The translations under genes and the position numbers were made by a program. A DNA stretch of 64,000 nt, taken from positions 6,224 to 70,223 of the forward strand of contig CAZQLQ010000003.1 of the NCBI GenBank assembly GCA_964594415.1. Reading direction: 5' to 3'. Of the stretch, positions 59,483 through 64,000 are shown piece after piece; position 1 is the first letter of the stretch; each line of letters begins with the position of its first letter. Below the pieces are notes generated by a model that saw nothing but the letters and a program-made list of their open reading frames with translations, ran no database searches and was not told where the DNA came from. This DNA comes from an uncultured Candidatus Saccharibacteria bacterium (GTDB lineage: Bacteria > Patescibacteriota > CPR2 > UBA1875 > CAIMLA01).

Positions 59483-62028
59483 AAAGCACCTATTATATCC
59501 TTGGCTCTTCTACTCCATGTATTATCCTCGGCATCTTTTTGAAGCTGATCTAAATAATGTCTATCATCTTTAAGTTTGATTGCCTTATCAATATTTTCAA
59601 TAAATCCATCGTGACTTTCTGCCACTAACACGCTTTTATATTTCGTACATTCATACATATTTGAAGTTACAATGGGCTTTCCGCCTGCCATATATTCGAA
59701 CAACTTAACTGGCGAGGTCGATTCGGTAATCTTATTAACAAGAAAAGGTATTGTTGCTATCGTAAAATAAGACAGATAAGTCGGGAGTTCTTCGTATTTT
59801 TTTGCACCAAGAAAATGAATATTTTTGATTTCAAATAAATGTTTGTTTTTATTTAAAGCATTATCATAGTTGAGCGGTCCAATCATAATGAACTCATAAT
59901 CTGGTCTTTCTGTGGCCATTCTTTCAAGCAAATCATAATCAAACCATTCAGCAATAGCCCCATAATACCCAATAATTGGTTTCTTGGATTTTACAATCTC
60001 CTTAATATCATCCGGCGCTTCCTTTGATATCTTATGAAAGTGTTCTATATCAACGCCATTCGGGGATAAAACCGATTTTTTAGGCTTAAGCTTATTAGCA
60101 CTATCTAGTAATTTATCTGCAGTACAAACAACAACATCGGCCTTTTTTACTAAATATTCGTGATTCTTATACATTTCACTTTGGGTCTTGCCTCTTGCAT
60201 CAAAAACCTCTAGTTCATCTATAAAGTCATAAATCAGTTTTGATTTTTTGAACTTCTCTGCAAATGGTTTATTCAGGGGCCAACTAATAAAAACTATCTT
60301 GTCTTCAACATCTTTTAGTATCTCGATTTGGTTAGTAACATAAAGGTTCTCTGCTATTTTTTTGAATCCCTCTACATTATCGTTATTCAAGTTAGCGGTT
60401 CCATAAAAGAACAGATACCCTTCTTTTGCAAAAGCAAGCGCTAGTTGCTGCGGTCGTTGAAATAGTGGCATGTCCCAGTCAATTGTAGGAGGGTAAATTA
60501 TTATTCCTTTGTAAGAGCAATTACTAATTATTGTTTTCAATGTCGAAATATGTTTTGCCCTTTTTAGCAACCTCATAGGGTGAAATAAATACGGATGCGC
60601 AAACATTTGCTTTTTTACATGATTTTTTACTTTTTGAGGTAATACTTTTTTCAATATTTTAATAATCAGCTTTTTAACTACTTTTGGTATTTGGTGAGGT
60701 TTTTTTATTAATGTTCCTGTCATGAGCCCAACTCTCCATGTCTTACATTCTTTTATTTCCAATAATTCTCTTTCTATATTTTCTTTTTCAAATCTAAGCT
60801 GATTAATTGCGTCTTTTGCACTTTTTCTCTCAAAAGAAATTACGTTTTTTAGATCAAGCAATAAATTAGCTAGCTCAAGCGCGTTTTCGTAATCACGGGA
60901 TGGGCTTGATTTAATCGATTTTATGTAGGACTTATTTAGATTTGAAACAATCTCTTCTTTGCTATATAACCTTTTAAACTTTTCGAAGCTATTTTTTATT
61001 GAATCATTTATAGCCCTAGCATCAGAAAGAGTATTTAACACACTTTCCTGATCAATATCCTTCATACCTCTACCGGTAAAATTTGAAAAGGCAAATTCTT
61101 CAAAATTTTTTCCGCTTATAATACCTTTAGGCTTTCCTTCGTAAGAAATTACCAGTACGGCCCTTTTTGATGCTATCCCTTCCATTGCTGAGCGACCCAT
61201 TCCTATTATCACATCATAATCGTTTATTTTTTCAGCAAAAGAATTGTTTTGTCCAACAACGTTAACAATGTCTTTGCCAAGTTCCGTGTTGACAACTTCT
61301 GCGAAAATTTTTATTTTTTCGAGAGAACTACCTGAGCCTATCACGTCAAGTCTTGTGGCTGGATTATTTGTCGAACACCTAGCCACTAGGCTAATTGCCG
61401 CTTTGACAAGATCTTCCCTGTCACCATCAATTCTTCCAACACAGGCAAATTTGTTTACAGAAACAACCTTCCGTGTTTCCCTGAACTTTTCATTTATATA
61501 GTTTGGCAGAATCAATATCTTATCGCGCGGAACACCATATTTGTCTTTAAGCATAGCAGCAACTTCATCGGTTATCGCATACACCGCTTCGGCATGGCCG
61601 AACACCACATTCTTCCAAAAGTAGCTACTTTCTTCTCCATAAATACTAAAACTCCAACTGAAAACTGGGACTCCGTGCATAGTAACCACATATTTTGTTT
61701 TAGTTTTCAAACAAGCAATAATAGAAGGGTAAAAAGTATTGAACGGGTGCACATGAACTAAATCTATTTTATTTTCTTTTATTATTTTGATAATTTCTTC
61801 TGAATTCTTTAAAATAGAATCTTTTTCCTGGTCACTGAAATCCATATTAAAGTGCTTAGCCCCTAGCAGCTCAGCTTTTTTAACTAAAGCACCGCCAGAA
61901 GATATTAAAAAATAGTTATTATCTTTTGAAGTTTCTGATAACTGTGTAAGAATTTGGGTCTCTACCCCGCCAACATTAAATGACTCAGTAATTACTAATA
62001 TATTATTTTTTTTCAAATTTGGTTTCAA
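59479..62028 (-). CDS. Two-domain glycosyltransferase (two GT4/GT-B modules joined by a coiled-coil linker), 849 aa
   Basis: N-terminal GT4 (ILVITESFNVGGVETQ...) and C-terminal GT4 with the EX7E-type motif (KLFEYMAGGKPIVTS). Central EIKECK coiled coil. Confidence 0.65.
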   Translation of the reverse strand: MKPNLKKNNILVITESFNVGGVETQILTQLSETSKDNNYFLISSGGALVKKAELLGAKHFNMDFSDQEKDSILKNSEEIIKIIKENKIDLVHVHPFNTFYPSIIACLKTKTKYVVTMHGVPVFSWSFSIYGEESSYFWKNVVFGHAEAVYAITDEVAAMLKDKYGVPRDKILILPNYINEKFRETRKVVSVNKFACVGRIDGDREDLVKAAISLVARCSTNNPATRLDVIGSGSSLEKIKIFAEVVNTELGKDIVNVVGQNNSFAEKINDYDVIIGMGRSAMEGIASKRAVLVISYEGKPKGIISGKNFEEFAFSNFTGRGMKDIDQESVLNTLSDARAINDSIKNSFEKFKRLYSKEEIVSNLNKSYIKSIKSSPSRDYENALELANLLLDLKNVISFERKSAKDAINQLRFEKENIERELLEIKECKTWRVGLMTGTLIKKPHQIPKVVKKLIIKILKKVLPQKVKNHVKKQMFAHPYLFHPMRLLKRAKHISTLKTIISNCSYKGIIIYPPTIDWDMPLFQRPQQLALAFAKEGYLFFYGTANLNNDNVEGFKKIAENLYVTNQIEILKDVEDKIVFISWPLNKPFAEKFKKSKLIYDFIDELEVFDARGKTQSEMYKNHEYLVKKADVVVCTADKLLDSANKLKPKKSVLSPNGVDIEHFHKISKEAPDDIKEIVKSKKPIIGYYGAIAEWFDYDLLERMATERPDYEFIMIGPLNYDNALNKNKHLFEIKNIHFLGAKKYEELPTYLSYFTIATIPFLVNKITESTSPVKLFEYMAGGKPIVTSNMYECTKYKSVLVAESHDGFIENIDKAIKLKDDRHYLDQLQKDAEDNTWSRRAKDIIGAL

Positions 62029-63238
62029 AATTAATAGTTCCCCAATTTAGATTACCGCCCGCTTCGTAATAAACTTTATAGACTTTATTTATTTGATCCA
62101 AAACAATTTGTTCGCCATTTATAATTTCAGCAAATCTAATATCAAAATATACATTGCCCCTTAAAATACTTGGATTTTTAAAAGTTATGTTAATAGCGCC
62201 TTTTCCTTTTCTGATAGAACCTTTTACTCCGTTTTTTTCGCTATTAGTACCAAATAGATAAGCCATATTGTCATCAAAAACGCCTATACCAAGAATAAAC
62301 TTTTCAATATCTTCTTTTGCTTCATAATTAATATTCATTACAAATGTTTCATTTGGTTTCAAGATTTTAGAGGGATTTCCTTTACCATCTAAAAACGAAA
62401 CGTCTTTCACGTATAACTTAAAGTTACCCCAGCGGTTTTCTGATTCCACAGGACCGCCTTCTTCAATCAATTTCGCTTCCGCGTTATTACCAAAATTTAT
62501 CGTATTATAAACCTGAATAGCTTTTTCCGGATTACCAAGGTAAATATTTTCGGAGTTGTGTATAACCAACACCCTATCACAAAATTCTTTAATACTCTCC
62601 ATTGCATGGCTTACAAAGACAATCGTCTTGCCCTCTTCTTTAAACTTTTTGAAAACATTGAAGCACTTTTTCTGAAAGTTTGTGTCTCCTACTGCCAAAA
62701 CTTCATCTATAAGCAATATCTCAGCATGAGCCTTAATTGAAACCGCAAACGCTAAGCGGACTTGCATTCCACTAGAATAATTTTTTAACTTTTGATCCAT
62801 AAATTCTTCAAGTTCGGCGAATTCAACAATCTCATCGTATTTCTCGTCAATCTCAGTGCGAGTCAATCCTAGTATGGCACCATTTAGATATACATTTTCT
62901 CGACCCGTAAGTTCAGGATTGAATCCAACGCCAAGCTCTAGGAAAGGCGAAATCCTTCCGTGAATATCGATTTTCCCTTTATCAGGAATGTATATTCCTG
63001 CAAGCATCTTGAGAAGAGTACTCTTACCACTGCCGTTTCTTCCGATGATTCCAAAGAACTCACCTTCTTTAACTTCAAAGCTTATATCGCTTAATGACTT
63101 AAACTCTGTATATGACTTTTTCCCAAAGATATTAAAAGCTGCTGATTTGAGACTAGTATGTCTCTCGTGAGGGATTTCAAAAGTTTTATATACACCTTCA
63201 ACTTTTATTAACGTTTTCTCTTTTGAACTTTTTTTCAT
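62003..63238 (-). CDS. Polysaccharide/teichoic-acid ABC exporter ATP-binding protein (TagH/Wzt-like) with a C-terminal substrate-binding domain
   Basis: Walker A GRNGSGKST, ABC signature LSGGMQ-like SSGMQVRLAF, Walker B LLIDEVLAVGD, plus a roughly 150-aa C-terminal beta-rich extension. Confidence 0.85.
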   Translation of the reverse strand: MKKSSKEKTLIKVEGVYKTFEIPHERHTSLKSAAFNIFGKKSYTEFKSLSDISFEVKEGEFFGIIGRNGSGKSTLLKMLAGIYIPDKGKIDIHGRISPFLELGVGFNPELTGRENVYLNGAILGLTRTEIDEKYDEIVEFAELEEFMDQKLKNYSSGMQVRLAFAVSIKAHAEILLIDEVLAVGDTNFQKKCFNVFKKFKEEGKTIVFVSHAMESIKEFCDRVLVIHNSENIYLGNPEKAIQVYNTINFGNNAEAKLIEEGGPVESENRWGNFKLYVKDVSFLDGKGNPSKILKPNETFVMNINYEAKEDIEKFILGIGVFDDNMAYLFGTNSEKNGVKGSIRKGKGAINITFKNPSILRGNVYFDIRFAEIINGEQIVLDQINKVYKVYYEAGGNLNWGTINFETKFEKK

Positions 63239-64000
63239 CAGACCTCTTCAGCAAATTTAGCAGACATCTTATTAAATACAAAGTAGCCAGTTAACAAAAA
63301 TATTGGCGGTAGTATGTATGGAATTAAAACGTAAGGGAAAACCAAGACATCAGAAACACGTTGCGTTTCAGTAGTTACCATAACGAATCTTGCGTCCTGA
63401 ATCATTTGTGCTATCGGGCTAAGCGCAATAAACTTTGAGTAAGGCGCTGGAACCATACTTAGCGGGTAAAGGATAGGTGTAGCATAGAATAATGCCTGAA
63501 GAAAAATTTCCCAAATATGGGCTATGTCCCTAAACTTTACATAAAGCGCTGAGAGAATCAGAGATAGTCCTAAAACAAAAACATATAGTTCAATGAAGAT
63601 AGCTACAAGCCAGAGGACACTGAGCCCAATAGTTATCTTGCTAAAAGCAATAAAAATAATCACTGCTAAAAAATTTAATAAAAAGGTAATTAGAGAAGTG
63701 GAACTGTTAGCAAGAACCAAAAGAATTCTTGGAAAATATACCTTCCTTATAAGTGACCCCTTTGATACTATCGAGCCCATACAAACACTCGTTACCTCGG
63801 CAAAGAAGGTCCAGATAACCACTCCGAGAAGCAAATAAACCGGATAGTGCGGTACTTCTCCCCCTAGCCTAAAAAATTTTGTAAAAACTACGTAAAGCAC
63901 GCCGAAAAGCATCAGCGGTTTTACCAAAGACCACAAATAACCCAGAACGGAACCTTGATATTTTAACTTTAGGTCCGTAAGGGCTATCTCCCTAACCATA
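63238..64000 (-). CDS. ABC-2 type exporter permease (TagG/Wzm-like), N-terminus probably truncated by the window edge
   Basis: Six TM helices and the ABC-2 signature region (LKLKYQGSVLGYLWSLVKPL). It runs to the end of the window. Confidence 0.8.
   Translation of the reverse strand, partial: MVREIALTDLKLKYQGSVLGYLWSLVKPLMLFGVLYVVFTKFFRLGGEVPHYPVYLLLGVVIWTFFAEVTSVCMGSIVSKGSLIRKVYFPRILLVLANSSTSLITFLLNFLAVIIFIAFSKITIGLSVLWLVAIFIELYVFVLGLSLILSALYVKFRDIAHIWEIFLQALFYATPILYPLSMVPAPYSKFIALSPIAQMIQDARFVMVTTETQRVSDVLVFPYVLIPYILPPIFLLTGYFVFNKMSAKFAEEV

Overview
This is a 64 kb window from a low-GC (about 38%) bacterial chromosome, read directly and with the supplied ORF track. Intergenic spacing is tight, many genes overlap by a few nucleotides, and the genes whose start contexts I could read had AAGGAG-type Shine-Dalgarno sites. 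Gene content and order are compatible with a small-genome Gram-positive-like or Patescibacteria-like organism. That lineage call is inference only.

What the window holds, from left to right:

- **Split comEC (1..1768, minus):** the ComEC competence-channel domains and the ComEC metallo-beta-lactamase domain sit on two adjacent ORFs.
- **tRNAs:** six tRNA genes. Three carry a CAT anticodon and can be told apart: an initiator fMet (2299..2373), an elongator Met (4494..4568) and the lysidine-type Ile2 (12015..12090). The Ile2 gene lies divergently next to tilS, whose product modifies it.
- **Heat-shock operon (5313..9710, minus):** hrcA-grpE-dnaK-dnaJ with two tandem CIRCE operators at the hrcA 5' end.
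- **Housekeeping run (12355..18912, plus):** tilS-ftsH-murJ-lepA.
- **Accessory stretch (19180..26200):** tRNA-Asn is followed by a degenerate copy of its own 3' half, then DUF1801, tandem S51 peptidase paralogs, a DNPH1/N-deoxyribosyltransferase-like gene, two NodB deacetylases (one with a poly-Thr linker) and a DUF1113 membrane protein.
- **ATP synthase operon (26882..33209, minus):** atpZ-like plus atpBEFHAGDC, with a small beta-carbonic-anhydrase-like gene appended downstream.
- **Giant-protein pair (33316..37212, minus):** a 97-aa helical protein tightly coupled to an unrecognisable 1199-aa protein with mid-protein TM helices, an acidic N-terminus, a 90-bp in-frame tandem repeat and a Pro/Thr linker. 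This is my best candidate for an undescribed system.
- **PrsW neighbourhood (37330..38607):** a PrsW intramembrane protease with its own zinc ribbon, next to a zinc-ribbon/DUF4190 membrane protein.
- **Redox cluster (39019..43092, plus):** SAM methyltransferase, nitroreductase, a NuoF-like flavoprotein and a bona fide [FeFe]-hydrogenase HydA (all H-cluster motifs present). It is convergent with an H+-pyrophosphatase.
- **VanW operon (45497..48066, minus):** VanW, DUF3006 and a membrane protein flanked by near-identical ~115-bp direct repeats.
- **AT-rich segment (48250..51474):** a membrane protein and a secreted BNR beta-propeller/lipase fusion.
- **Cell-wall glycopolymer locus (51557..64000):** teichoic-acid-like TagO/MnaA/TagA/TagGH chemistry plus GalE, GT2, GT4, a GT-C protein and a Wzy_C ligase.

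I saw no CRISPR array, transposase or integrase.
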